Program-made: the position numbers and the translations under genes
Part shown: piece by piece, positions 34,004 to 43,462 of the stretch
How positions within the stretch are numbered: position 1 is the stretch's first letter
Layout of the letters: each line of letters starts with the position of its first letter
Source: Armatimonadota bacterium
GTDB lineage: Bacteria > Armatimonadota > HRBIN16
Length of the DNA: 64,000 nt
Assembly: GCA_963677485.1 (NCBI GenBank)
Contig: OY781964.1
Coordinates: forward strand, 3,072,001 to 3,136,000
Direction: 5' to 3'
The notes under the pieces: model-generated
Databases searched by the model: none
Told to the model about the DNA's origin: nothing
What the model saw: only the letters and a program-made list of their open reading frames with translations

Positions 34004-35026
34004 ATGGTAATGGGAAATCACAGTCTTATCCGTCTATATGTTGTTTCGATTATAGTAGTTGCCCTGACTATTGGTGCTAGTCCGAGCGCACAGTGCAGAT
34101 TCCGCCCACCAGATACTGGAGTGTTGATACAAGAAGCATCAGTGGTGGCTGTGATTCGTGTCCAATGGATTAGACCAATCGAAAAACGAGGAAGTAAGGA
34201 ATACGGGGAGGGTTATGTAACAGCCAAAGTCCTTGAGACACTCAAGGGGAGTCTGTCATCTGATAGCGTTGTCATTAGAACAGATTCGCATATGGAGACA
34301 GGTGATATTGCGGCTTACCGCCCCGAACATACCTACCTGATTTTCCTTGTTCGCGATGGGGCTGTATACCATGCGATGTACGGCCACTTCGGCGTGTTTC
34401 CAATAGATGAGCAGTGCAAAGTGAACCTCTGGAACAAGCCAGGAGCAAGGCGATCCTATCCTGACTTTTCACACAAGGTAGATTATAAGGATGTTAGGAA
34501 ACAGATCGTGGACAACCTAAAGAAACATGGTGAGTATCAGCCTGCCAAAAATGCACTCGTGTACAACTGTATTCCCGCTCATATCGACCCGAATATGGTT
34601 GGACCTAGCATGAGGACTATTGTGCAGCAATCTAGCCTCATCGCGGTGGTTGAAACACGATGGGTGACACCGGCTGATCAGCCAACAAACAAGAAAGCGA
34701 GACTCCACAGTCGCGTGGATGTTAATATCCTCGAAGTGCTGAAGGGCAATGGTAGTGCCAAGAGCATTGTGATTGGCACCATACTTGAGCCAAAGTTCGG
34801 CGACGCAGGGGCGTTTAGTCCCATGCGCAGGCAGTTGGTTTTCCTCAAGCAAGATGGCAGGCTGTATCGTTCCGTTCACGGCCGATGCGGTGTCTTCGAC
34901 ATGGATGGCCCCTATGTGATTGGATGGACAAAGCGCGGGGGGGCCTGTTGTCCGAGGCCGACAAGCAGTGTTAGTCTACAGAATGTGAAAAAAGTGATAT
35001 CTTCATATCTGTCCTTCATGAACTAA
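34004..35026 (+). CDS. Secreted hypothetical protein with two tandem TIMP/NTR-like (OB-fold) domains
   Basis: Signal peptide; internal duplication C..(A/S)S.(V/I)AV..(V/I)LE.LKG..(I/V)VI.T..GD..L.FL..DG..GVF. Confidence 0.7.
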   Translation: MVMGNHSLIRLYVVSIIVVALTIGASPSAQCRFRPPDTGVLIQEASVVAVIRVQWIRPIEKRGSKEYGEGYVTAKVLETLKGSLSSDSVVIRTDSHMETGDIAAYRPEHTYLIFLVRDGAVYHAMYGHFGVFPIDEQCKVNLWNKPGARRSYPDFSHKVDYKDVRKQIVDNLKKHGEYQPAKNALVYNCIPAHIDPNMVGPSMRTIVQQSSLIAVVETRWVTPADQPTNKKARLHSRVDVNILEVLKGNGSAKSIVIGTILEPKFGDAGAFSPMRRQLVFLKQDGRLYRSVHGRCGVFDMDGPYVIGWTKRGGACCPRPTSSVSLQNVKKVISSYLSFMN

Positions 35027-35308
35027 TCCCCTGGTTGGCAGCAACAGATAAGCTTGCTGCTGCCATAAGTGGTGAAGGTGAAGCCATGACTAAGATTACA
35101 CAATAGTCCGCTGGATGAGTATGCGCATGATGAGTTTTTCAAAACTGTAGCGGGGTTGCTCAATTGGATAATCTACCATAGATGCACGAAACAGGGCTTC
35201 TCCGCTGGCACGAAGGAGCCTTGTCACTCAGCTTGGCGTATACACACTCATGCATACTGCCTCTGGAGCGGGTGGGCGATGCTCCAGATCAATTCATTTG
35301 TAGCGGGG

Positions 35309-36625
35309 TTAAGCCGATTGGCTTGCGGTTATCGCCTGGTCGAGATCGGCGATAATGTCGGCCACATTCTCCAGACCGATGCTCAGCCGCACATAGTCTG
35401 GGGTCACACCAGCGGAGATCTGCTCCTCTGGCGACAACTGCCCGTGCGTGGTGCTTGCGGGATGGATGATCAGGCTTTTCGCATCACCGATGTTCGCCAG
35501 ATGCGAGAAGAGCTTCACGGACTTTATCAGCTTCACGCCCGCTTCGGCTCCGCCCTTGATGCCAAATCCAATGATTGCACCTTGTCCGTTGGGTAGGTAT
35601 TTCTTCGCTCGCACGTAGTCGGGATGGCTGGAAAGCCCAGGGTAATTCACCCATGCGACGGAGGGATGGGCCTCCAGCCAGCGGGCCACCTGCAGCGCAT
35701 TCTTGCAGTGTTCTCGTATTCGCAGGGGGAGGGTCTCCAGTCCCTGGGTGAACAGGAAGCTGTTGAATGGCGAGACGGTCGCGCCGATGTCGCGAAGGAG
35801 CTGCACACGCGCTTTCAGCACATAGGCGATTCCGGGCACGACCGCCTGGTCGTGCAGACCAAACGCCGACCAATAGTTCACGCCATGATAACTGGGGTCT
35901 GGGCCATCGATCTCCGGGAACTTGCCATTACCCCAGTTGAATTTTCCGCTGTCCACAATGGCGCCGCCGATGCTGGTACCGTGGCCGCCAATGAACTTGG
36001 TGAGCGAATAAACTGCGATGTCCGCGCCAAAATCAAACGGGTTGAAGATGGGCGGGGGTGCTACGGTGTTATCTACCACCAGTGGGATGCCGTGTTTATG
36101 CGCCACGGCGGCCAGTGCCTCAAAATCATCCACGTTGTTCTTGGGGTTGCCGATGGACTCGGTATACACCAGCCGCGTGTTGTCATCAATGGCGGCGTCA
36201 ACCGCATCGATGTCAGCGGAATTCACAAACTTCACAGTGATTCCCAGTTTGGGCAGCGTGTAGTGGAACAGGTTGTAGGTTCCACCATAAAGGTAGCTGG
36301 TGGACACGATGTTCTGTCCCGCCTGGGTGATGTTCAACACCGAGAATGTGATGGCGGCGGCTCCCGATGACAGGGCAAGAGCACCACTGCCGCCGTGCAA
36401 CTGCGCCAGCCGCTGCTCCAGCACATCGGTGGTCGGGTTCATTATGCGGGTGTATATGTTACCGAATTCCTTCAGACCGAACAGATTGGCGGCGTGCTCT
36501 GGGCTATTGAACACATATGATGTGGTCTGGTAAATAGGCACGGCCCTGGAGTTCGTGGTGGGGTCTGGCGTCTGCCCGCCATGTAAGGCGATGGTCTCGA
36601 TACCTTGGTTCGTAGTCTGGCTCAT
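35309..36625 (-). CDS. metY: O-acetylhomoserine aminocarboxypropyltransferase (sulfhydrylase)
   Basis: [52 protein letters not shown]; ATG at 36625. Confidence 0.93.
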   Translation of the reverse strand: MSQTTNQGIETIALHGGQTPDPTTNSRAVPIYQTTSYVFNSPEHAANLFGLKEFGNIYTRIMNPTTDVLEQRLAQLHGGSGALALSSGAAAITFSVLNITQAGQNIVSTSYLYGGTYNLFHYTLPKLGITVKFVNSADIDAVDAAIDDNTRLVYTESIGNPKNNVDDFEALAAVAHKHGIPLVVDNTVAPPPIFNPFDFGADIAVYSLTKFIGGHGTSIGGAIVDSGKFNWGNGKFPEIDGPDPSYHGVNYWSAFGLHDQAVVPGIAYVLKARVQLLRDIGATVSPFNSFLFTQGLETLPLRIREHCKNALQVARWLEAHPSVAWVNYPGLSSHPDYVRAKKYLPNGQGAIIGFGIKGGAEAGVKLIKSVKLFSHLANIGDAKSLIIHPASTTHGQLSPEEQISAGVTPDYVRLSIGLENVADIIADLDQAITASQSA

Positions 36626-36694
36626 TTCGGGTTCCTCCTGAAGGTTATCACATATACACCCGGTCAATACAGTGTTTTCCGACCGGCATAGTAA

Positions 36695-36723
36695 AGTATC
36701 CATTATTTTAAGACGCATGTCAA
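36695..36723 (-). promoter_or_regulatory. Sigma70-type promoter for metY
   Basis: TTGACA-17 nt-GATACT. Confidence 0.55.
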
Positions 36724-37010
36724 GCCGTATTGCGCATAATATTGCGATTCTATGGTATTTTTATGTCACGACTGCGATACCGGACTGTATTGCCTGCATT
36801 GGCTGTTTCTACGGGCGGCTGCCTGGGAACGCCAATCTCCCGATTGGCATTTCCGTCCCCATCCTTCCCATCTTCCGCATCCGTGACATCCGCGTGATCC
36901 GTGGTTCAGACCATCTGTGCAACCATCCAAACCCCATCGCCTGCTCCGTTAGCCGGCATATCAAGGGAAACAGTATAATGTAATGTGTGAATTACCGGAG
37001 GTTGTAAATA

Positions 37011-38072
37011 GTGATATCCCGTCTACAAGAGGTAGAGACCCACTTTCTGGAAGTCGAAAAGGCCCTTAGCGACCCTAATGTGTCCAGTGACCCATCTGAG
37101 CTGCAGCGTTTAGGCAAACTCCATTCGGAGCTAAGCCCCATCATTGAGGCCTATCGCACGCTGCGTGACACGATGCAAGGCATCGCAGACGCAGAAGCGA
37201 TGTTGGCTGACCCTGAGCTGCACGACATGGCCCAGGAAGAGCTAAATGAACTGCGCAGCCGTGTAGATGACCAACAAAAACACCTCACTCTGATGCTCCT
37301 GCCCACCGACCCCAACGATGATAAAAATGTCATTCTTGAAATACGCGCCGGCACAGGGGGCGAAGAGGCGGCCCTGTTTGCTGGCGACCTTCTGCGCATG
37401 TATATGCGGTATGCCGACCGCAGGCATTGGAAGTATGACCTTCTGAGCGTAGATGAGACAGGTATTGGCGGATATAAAGAGGCAGTCTTGAACATACAGG
37501 GTCAGGCAGCCTATTCGCAGTTGAAATTCGAATCCGGCACCCATCGCGTGCAGCGAGTGCCAGCCACAGAGACCAGCGGCCGTATCCACACCTCAGCAGC
37601 CACGGTGGCCGTCTTACCTGAAGCCGATGTGGTTAGTGTAGATATTAAACAAGAAGATTTGCATATCGAAACATATCGATCCAGCGGTGCTGGCGGACAG
37701 AACGTGCAGAAGAACGAAACCGCCATCCGCATCACGCACCGGCCCACGGGTATGGTGGTCACCTGCCAGGATGAGCGCAGCCAAGGTCAGAATAAGCTGA
37801 AGGCTATGATCATCATCGCCTCCCGTTTGCAGGAGCAGGCCGAAGCCGCCGCTAGCGCCGACCGCACTGCCGACCGCAAGTCACAGATCGGCTCGGGCGA
37901 CAGAAGCGACAAGATCCGCACCTATAACTACCCCCAGGGACGCATCACCGACCATCGTATCGGGTTTTCGTCCTACAACCTGGCAGGGGTGATGGATGGA
38001 GACATCCAGGAGTTTATTGACGCACTCATCGCAGACGATCAAGCAAAGAAGCTGCAATCGACGGAAGATTAG
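37011..38072 (+). CDS. prfA: Peptide chain release factor 1
   Basis: EIRAGTGGEEA, HRVQRVPATE (PxT), GGQ, IRTYNYPQGRITDHR. Confidence 0.97.
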   Translation: MISRLQEVETHFLEVEKALSDPNVSSDPSELQRLGKLHSELSPIIEAYRTLRDTMQGIADAEAMLADPELHDMAQEELNELRSRVDDQQKHLTLMLLPTDPNDDKNVILEIRAGTGGEEAALFAGDLLRMYMRYADRRHWKYDLLSVDETGIGGYKEAVLNIQGQAAYSQLKFESGTHRVQRVPATETSGRIHTSAATVAVLPEADVVSVDIKQEDLHIETYRSSGAGGQNVQKNETAIRITHRPTGMVVTCQDERSQGQNKLKAMIIIASRLQEQAEAAASADRTADRKSQIGSGDRSDKIRTYNYPQGRITDHRIGFSSYNLAGVMDGDIQEFIDALIADDQAKKLQSTED

Positions 38073-38118
38073 TGCATTCAGGAATCGCAAACGGAAAATA
38101 TAAGACATAGAGGTAACC

Positions 38119-38637
38119 GTGAGCATCTACAGCATCATGCACTCATTACAGGCACAAGCCGGTATCATCGCACTCTGCGCGGTGCTCATAGCCTTGATCT
38201 GTCTCATCATGGCCATTCTAGCGTCTCTCAGGCTGCGGGCTCTGGAAGCGCGATGGAAAATGGCCTTCCGTAACTCGGCTGGCAACTCCATAGAGGAGGC
38301 CATCAGCAGCAGGCTTGTTGTGGTAGAGGGTATGGATCAGCGAGTTAAATCTCTGGAATCCCACGCTTTCCAATCCGACGCGCAGATGGCTTTGTGTCAT
38401 CAACGCATTGGAGTGGTGAGGTACGATGCCTACGACGACCTTGGGGGACAGCAGAGCCTCTCTTTGGCGATCATGGACAACGCCGATAACGGCATTGTCA
38501 TCACCAGTGTTTTAGGCCGGCAAAGCCAGCGAACCTATGCCAAGAAGATCGTGAAAGGCCGCAGCGATTCCCCCCTCTCACCGGAAGAAAAGCAGGCAAT
38601 TGTCGATGCATTTGGTCAATCGAGCAACGCCAAATGA
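38119..38637 (+). CDS. DUF4446-like membrane-anchored protein
   Basis: N-terminal TM; GVVRYDAYDDLGGQQS.SLA..G.VITS..R.YAK.I.KG.S..LSPEE. Confidence 0.75.
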   Translation: MSIYSIMHSLQAQAGIIALCAVLIALICLIMAILASLRLRALEARWKMAFRNSAGNSIEEAISSRLVVVEGMDQRVKSLESHAFQSDAQMALCHQRIGVVRYDAYDDLGGQQSLSLAIMDNADNGIVITSVLGRQSQRTYAKKIVKGRSDSPLSPEEKQAIVDAFGQSSNAK

Positions 38638-39218
38638 GCGGAGAAATCGCAGATATAGAGTTAGTCAAGAGGGCTCAAGCCAGAGACCGCGACGCGTTTG
38701 ATCTGTTGGTCAGGCGCTACGAAAACTACGCATATAATCTGTGTTACCGCCTGACAGGAAATGCCGCTGACGCCTCTGATGTGCTTACCGATGGGTTCAC
38801 CAGGGCCTGGAACGGTTTGGTCAACTTCCGTGGCGACGCGAACTTCCGCACCTGGATGCACCGCATCATGGTGAACACCTTCCTCGACTTCCGCAAAAAG
38901 GCCATGGCTCGTCCCAGTTACTCGCTGGATCAGGCCATCGAGATGACCGACCAGAACCTGCAGCGCCAGATACAGGATGACGGCCCCGGTCCTGCTGATA
39001 TTTTAGAGACGAAAGAGCTTCAAAATGAGCTGCAAAAAGCCCTCATGAAACTCCCAGACGACCGTCGAATGTTGCTGGTTCTGTTCCACTTTGAGGAACA
39101 CAGTTACGAAGAGATCAGCGAAATTCTGGGCCTGCCTGTGGGCACGGTAAAGAGCCGTCTGAACCGAGCCCGGCTCAGTTTGCGTGAAATACTGACCAAG
39201 ATGCGGGAACTGTCTTAA
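38634..39218 (+). CDS. ECF RNA polymerase sigma factor
   Basis: FRGDANFRTWMHRI.VN, SYEEISEILGLPVGTVKSRLNRAR. Confidence 0.95.
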   Translation: MSGEIADIELVKRAQARDRDAFDLLVRRYENYAYNLCYRLTGNAADASDVLTDGFTRAWNGLVNFRGDANFRTWMHRIMVNTFLDFRKKAMARPSYSLDQAIEMTDQNLQRQIQDDGPGPADILETKELQNELQKALMKLPDDRRMLLVLFHFEEHSYEEISEILGLPVGTVKSRLNRARLSLREILTKMRELS

Positions 39219-39234
39219 CGGGCAGGGCGTCTAA
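39206..39234 (+). promoter_or_regulatory. ECF-type promoter overlapping the end of the sigma gene
   Basis: GGAACT-16 nt-CGTCTAA. Confidence 0.65.
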
Positions 39235-39278
39235 ATTGTGTTTCAGGTCAGGGTTAGCCCTGCGGAAGGCGGCACATA

Positions 39279-40187
39279 ATGCATTGCGATCAGTTTGAAG
39301 AACTCCTCTCCGAGTATATGGACGGCAGCTTGGCGCAAGCACTCAAGCTTAACATGGATTCCCATCGCAGTGGGTGTTCCGCTTGCTCGCGTCTCGTCGC
39401 CGAGATGCAACTGATCTACACGGCAATGGACACCATGCCCGCTCTAGACACCCCACCATGGATGCATGAACGCATCATGGCACGCGTTGAAGCGGAAGGC
39501 ACCAACAACCGCAAGCGGTCATGGTTGAGTAACCCGTGGCAATGGGTGGGTGCAGTGGCTGCGGTCGCAGCCGTTGTCACCATGGCAGTGATCATCCCTT
39601 CTGCTAACAAATCCCAGGTTCAGATGAGCCTGCTGAGTAAGCAGACAGATGCTATTACAAACCAACAGACGGATCTGTCGATTGTAGTTGAGCAAGCGAC
39701 ATCCGGTGGTAATCCGCTGGGATGGGTCTTGCGCCTAAGCCCGAAGAGCGTCATGCAGGCCGAAGTCCGTATTGTCACGTTCGATCATAGTCTGCCGATA
39801 GAGAGCAGCTACTGGAAAGGACTGGCCAACGGACAGCCGATTTCCTTGCCTGCTCAAGCATCGTCAACCGAAGCCCAGGCCTTATATGCAGAAGTGCTTT
39901 GGAGTGACCAAACGAGAACATCGATCTGGCTGCCGCAGCAGCTGCTGCCAGATGGTCACCTCGCCAAACTGCAAAATGCGGATATCGGCGTCGGACAGGC
40001 TCTGAGCACTATCAGTGCCACATGGGGTGTGAAGATTGTTCTTAAAGGCCATGTGCAGCCTGACGTGCACCTGAACTTGAATGCCCGGGCCGCTTCTGTA
40101 GACCAGGTAATGAGTTCCATGGCGGATATGCTTGGGTTGAAGCTCTCACGCCCCGCTATGGACACATTTGTGTTATCACAAGAGTAA
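39279..40187 (+). CDS. Anti-sigma factor (zf-HC2/ZAS, one TM, C-terminal STN/FecR_C-like domain)
   Basis: C..LSEYMDG..HRSGCSAC; TM near aa 88-107; C-terminal ALSTIS..GVKIV..SVDQVM..LGL. Confidence 0.85.
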   Translation: MHCDQFEELLSEYMDGSLAQALKLNMDSHRSGCSACSRLVAEMQLIYTAMDTMPALDTPPWMHERIMARVEAEGTNNRKRSWLSNPWQWVGAVAAVAAVVTMAVIIPSANKSQVQMSLLSKQTDAITNQQTDLSIVVEQATSGGNPLGWVLRLSPKSVMQAEVRIVTFDHSLPIESSYWKGLANGQPISLPAQASSTEAQALYAEVLWSDQTRTSIWLPQQLLPDGHLAKLQNADIGVGQALSTISATWGVKIVLKGHVQPDVHLNLNARAASVDQVMSSMADMLGLKLSRPAMDTFVLSQE

Positions 40188-40210
40188 CTCGGACACCGGG
40201 CCATTTCGCC

Positions 40211-40248
40211 AACCGCAGCATGATCAAACATGCTGCGGTTTTTTGTTT
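40211..40248 (+). terminator. Intrinsic terminator after anti-sigma gene
   Basis: aaccgcagcatg-atcaaa-catgctgcggtt followed by ttttgttt. Confidence 0.85.
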
Positions 40249-40249
40249 G

Positions 40250-41184
40250 GCGGATGATCCTTGTGGTCATCCGCGGCGTTGGTTGGATACATATCCGGTT
40301 CGTGGGGCGGGGTAACCGGCTGGTTCCCACGCAGGTTTTCGGATGACCACAAGGGTCACCCCTGCGTTCCGCGTATTAAAACGGGTTCTGCGACGGTTGC
40401 GGCCGCCCTCCCCATACGCCGGCCGGTATCCTGCGACCAACGCCACCGATCTTTCAGAGCAATTCCATGCGCCAAGGTAAGAAGTTGACCAGCCCGCGTC
40501 GACGGGTTCCATCGCCCCAGGGGGCTCCATCACCCGTCGCTGATCAGATGGCTGCCCGCGTCGCTTCGCTCCTGCGGGCGCTGGCGGAGGGCACCCCGCG
40601 CCCGTTTGCGGGCTGCGAATAGCTAGACGCGCGGTGAGGGAACCCCGTTTACGGGGTGACTAAACCCGCGGCAGGGCGGCCGGTAACCTGCGACCAACGC
40701 CACCAGCACGCGTCGACGGGTTCCATCGCCCCAGGGGGCTCTATCACCCGTCGCTGATCAGATGGCTGCCCGCGTCGCTTCGCTCCAGCGGGCGCTGGCG
40801 GAGGGCACCCCGCGCCCGCTTGCGGGTTGCAAATAGCTAGACGCGCGGTGAGGGAACCCCGTTCAGGGGCGCAGTCCCATGGGGTGACTAAACCCGCGGC
40901 AGGGAGGCCGATTAGCCTCGATATGCGCTACATCACCAAGTGTGATACCGCTGTGAAACACCCCTGTGGTCATCCGCGGTGTCGGTTGGGTACATTCCGG
41001 TTCGTGGGACGGGGTAACCGGTTGGTTCCAAGCGAGGTTTGCGGATGACCACAAGGGGCATCCCTACGAATTCCGTGTATTAAAACGGCATCTGCGACGG
41101 TTGATCGCTTACGGAATGGGTGCCTTAACCCGCGGCAGGGTGGCCGGTAACCTGCGACCAACGCCACCAGCACGCGTCGACGGG
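40250..41184. repeat. Mosaic of two family-B copies (minus strand) and two family-C REP doublet units
   Basis: B at 40495-40673 and 40709-40901; C units ~40260-40400 and ~40962-41103; B junction fragment 41128-41184. Confidence 0.85.
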
Positions 41185-41304
41185 CACACAACCTGGTAAA
41201 AATCAGGTATCATATTACAAATACCTGTATGCGGGTAACCTTGGACGGCCGCATCGCGGGTATTGAGTTCCCGATGAAAATATTGAATTGGAGGTCTTTC
41301 AGTA

Positions 41305-41838
41305 ATGAAAAAGCTTCTATTAGGCATGGTCGCGGCCGCAACTCTTCTCAGTGCAGCCACCGCCTCCTATGCACAGTGGCAATATCCTTCGGCAGCTAAG
41401 CCGTGGACGATTTCTATTGGTGGGGTTTTCCATAACAACGATGAGGTAGCTCCGGGGGTCACCGTCAAAGACGGATGCTCATTATCCGCCAACTACACAT
41501 TTGGAAATTACCCTTCCAGTGAGGCCTTTGTGAACCTTCAGACGGATTTCTACACGGTGCGAACCCCTGTGGAAAGTAAAAACGCCTACAGCGTAACTCC
41601 GCATGTGGGCTACCGGTATTTCCTGGACACAGAGAAGTCGCTCTATATCGCTCCATCTGCGGGTATCACATACAGCAATAGCGGAGCTTCAGGCTACGAC
41701 AAGACCCTAACCGACCTCTCAGCTTCGCTGGCCCTTGGCCTGAAGTTGAAGGACATCCGTTCCGAAATCTATTGGAACGCCATCCCAGGCCACAACCTCA
41801 ATGACTCTTGGGGATTGAAGGTCGGTTACCGCTTCTAG
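41305..41838 (+). CDS. Small outer-membrane beta-barrel protein
   Basis: Signal peptide, alternating beta strands, C-terminal GLKVGYRF; RBS ggagg. Confidence 0.8.
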   Translation: MKKLLLGMVAAATLLSAATASYAQWQYPSAAKPWTISIGGVFHNNDEVAPGVTVKDGCSLSANYTFGNYPSSEAFVNLQTDFYTVRTPVESKNAYSVTPHVGYRYFLDTEKSLYIAPSAGITYSNSGASGYDKTLTDLSASLALGLKLKDIRSEIYWNAIPGHNLNDSWGLKVGYRF

Positions 41839-41844
41839 TTCACA

Positions 41845-41877
41845 CGGGGGCGTGTTTGATCTACGCCCCCGCCTTTT
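41845..41877 (+). terminator. Probable intrinsic terminator
   Basis: cgggggcgt..acgcccccg then cctttt. Confidence 0.6.
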
Positions 41878-41923
41878 CGATACCCCTTCACCCCATACCA
41901 GAAAGGTTTGGTAATAACCCCGG

Positions 41924-43342
41924 ATGGCCAAATCAACTACTAAATTCGTATGCAGTGCCTGCGGTGTGGAGCTGCCTCGATGGTATGGCAAGTGCCCCGA
42001 GTGCAACGAGTGGAACAGCGTCAATGAAGAAAGTATAGCCACGATTGCGATCCCCTCCAAGATGCCCATCGCCAGCACACCATCAGCCATCATCGGAGCC
42101 TCACTGCCACTGAAACTTGATGGTGTGCAGACAGAGGATCAACCCCGCATAGTCACAGGTCTCGCCGAGTTCGATCGGCTGTTGGGCGGCGGTATCGTGC
42201 CCGGGAGTGTGGTGTTGTTAGGCGGTGATCCTGGCGTTGGCAAGTCCACACTGCTCACGCAGGTGAGTGATACGCTCAGCCAGCGTATTCCCGTGCTCTA
42301 CATCTCCGGTGAGGAGAGCGTGCATCAGGTGAAGCTCCGGGCCAAACGGCTGGGAGCGGGCAGCGGTGAACTCTATGTGCTGGCCGAAACAGTTCTGGAG
42401 CATATGCTGGCGCGTATCGAGGCCATGAACCCATCGGTTGTGGTCATCGACTCCATCCAGACCACTCGGGCCGCCGCGATCGACAGCCTACCCGGCAGCG
42501 TGGCGCAGGTGCGCGGCTGCGGCAATGCGCTGCAGCGTCTGGCGAAGGAACAGGGGGTCGCGGTGTTTCTGGTGGGGCATGTGACTAAAGAGGGCGGTCT
42601 TGCTGGCCCGAAGGCATTAGAGCACATGGTGGACACCGTGCTCAGCTTTGAGGGTGACTCCCACTTGAACTACCGTATCCTGAGGGCGACCAAGAACCGG
42701 TTTGGCAGCACAGACGAGATCGCGCTGTTTGAGATGCGTGGTCAGGGCCTCACGAGTGTAGAGAACCCCTCCGCATGGCTGCTGGCAGAACGTGCAGAAC
42801 AGTCGCCTGGCAGCGTGGTCACCTGCATCATGGAGGGATCCCGTCCGCTGCTGGTGGAGGTGCAGGCGCTGGTCTGCCATAGCTACTTAAATCAGCCGCG
42901 ACGACAAGTGACCGGCCTCGACTACAACCGTGTGAACATGATCCTGGCGGTGCTGGAAAAGCGTGCCGGTATCCGGCTTAGCGATAAAGATGTGTTTGTG
43001 AATGCGGCTGGCGGTGTGAATGTGCGCGAACCGGCCGCCGACCTGGCCATCGCCCTGGCGGTGTGCAGCAGCCTTAGCGACCGCGCCTTGCCCCCGGACC
43101 TGGCGGTGATGGGGGAGATCGGGCTGGCTGGCGAGGTACGCGGCGTGACCGCCAGTGAGGCGAGAGCTAAGGAGATATCACGGATGGGGTTCAACAACGT
43201 GATCTGTGCCCGCCGAGATGCCAAGAGCCTGAAGCTGCGTGTTGCTGGTCTAAATTCTGTAGGCGCAGGTTATCTTGCCCAGGCACTCAGCGCATTGGCA
43301 GGCCTGCAGTCGGAGCATTCGCCGGAGCAGGACGCGGAGTAG
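41924..43342 (+). CDS. radA: DNA repair protein RadA/Sms
   Basis: CSACG..GKCPECNEWN Zn finger, GDPGVGKSTL, KNRFG, GEIGLAGEVR. Confidence 0.98.
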   Translation: MAKSTTKFVCSACGVELPRWYGKCPECNEWNSVNEESIATIAIPSKMPIASTPSAIIGASLPLKLDGVQTEDQPRIVTGLAEFDRLLGGGIVPGSVVLLGGDPGVGKSTLLTQVSDTLSQRIPVLYISGEESVHQVKLRAKRLGAGSGELYVLAETVLEHMLARIEAMNPSVVVIDSIQTTRAAAIDSLPGSVAQVRGCGNALQRLAKEQGVAVFLVGHVTKEGGLAGPKALEHMVDTVLSFEGDSHLNYRILRATKNRFGSTDEIALFEMRGQGLTSVENPSAWLLAERAEQSPGSVVTCIMEGSRPLLVEVQALVCHSYLNQPRRQVTGLDYNRVNMILAVLEKRAGIRLSDKDVFVNAAGGVNVREPAADLAIALAVCSSLSDRALPPDLAVMGEIGLAGEVRGVTASEARAKEISRMGFNNVICARRDAKSLKLRVAGLNSVGAGYLAQALSALAGLQSEHSPEQDAE

Positions 43343-43462
43343 GGGGCTGTCCAGGTAATTCCACCTGGTTCAACAGCACTGCACGGACCCCCATCGAACT
43401 GGTTCGTGCCATCTTCGGGTAATATAAGTAAAACACGCCTGTGAGCAAAAGGAGATCAGACC

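Larger units (their letters stand above)
33558..35186. repeat. ~80-bp imperfect direct repeat of the dtd start region flanking a 1.5-kb segment
   Basis: 33558-33635 vs 35106-35186 share gtccgctg-atgagtatgcgcatgatgagt and aatctaccatagatgca. Confidence 0.8.

Noticed and set aside
33640-35110. Integron cassette with attC sites
   Set aside because: No convincing RYYYAAC..GTTRRRY paired boxes and no integrase
36626-36700. SAM riboswitch or T-box upstream of metY
   Set aside because: Leader only ~65 nt with no consensus; only a ccggtc..gaccgg palindrome of uncertain meaning
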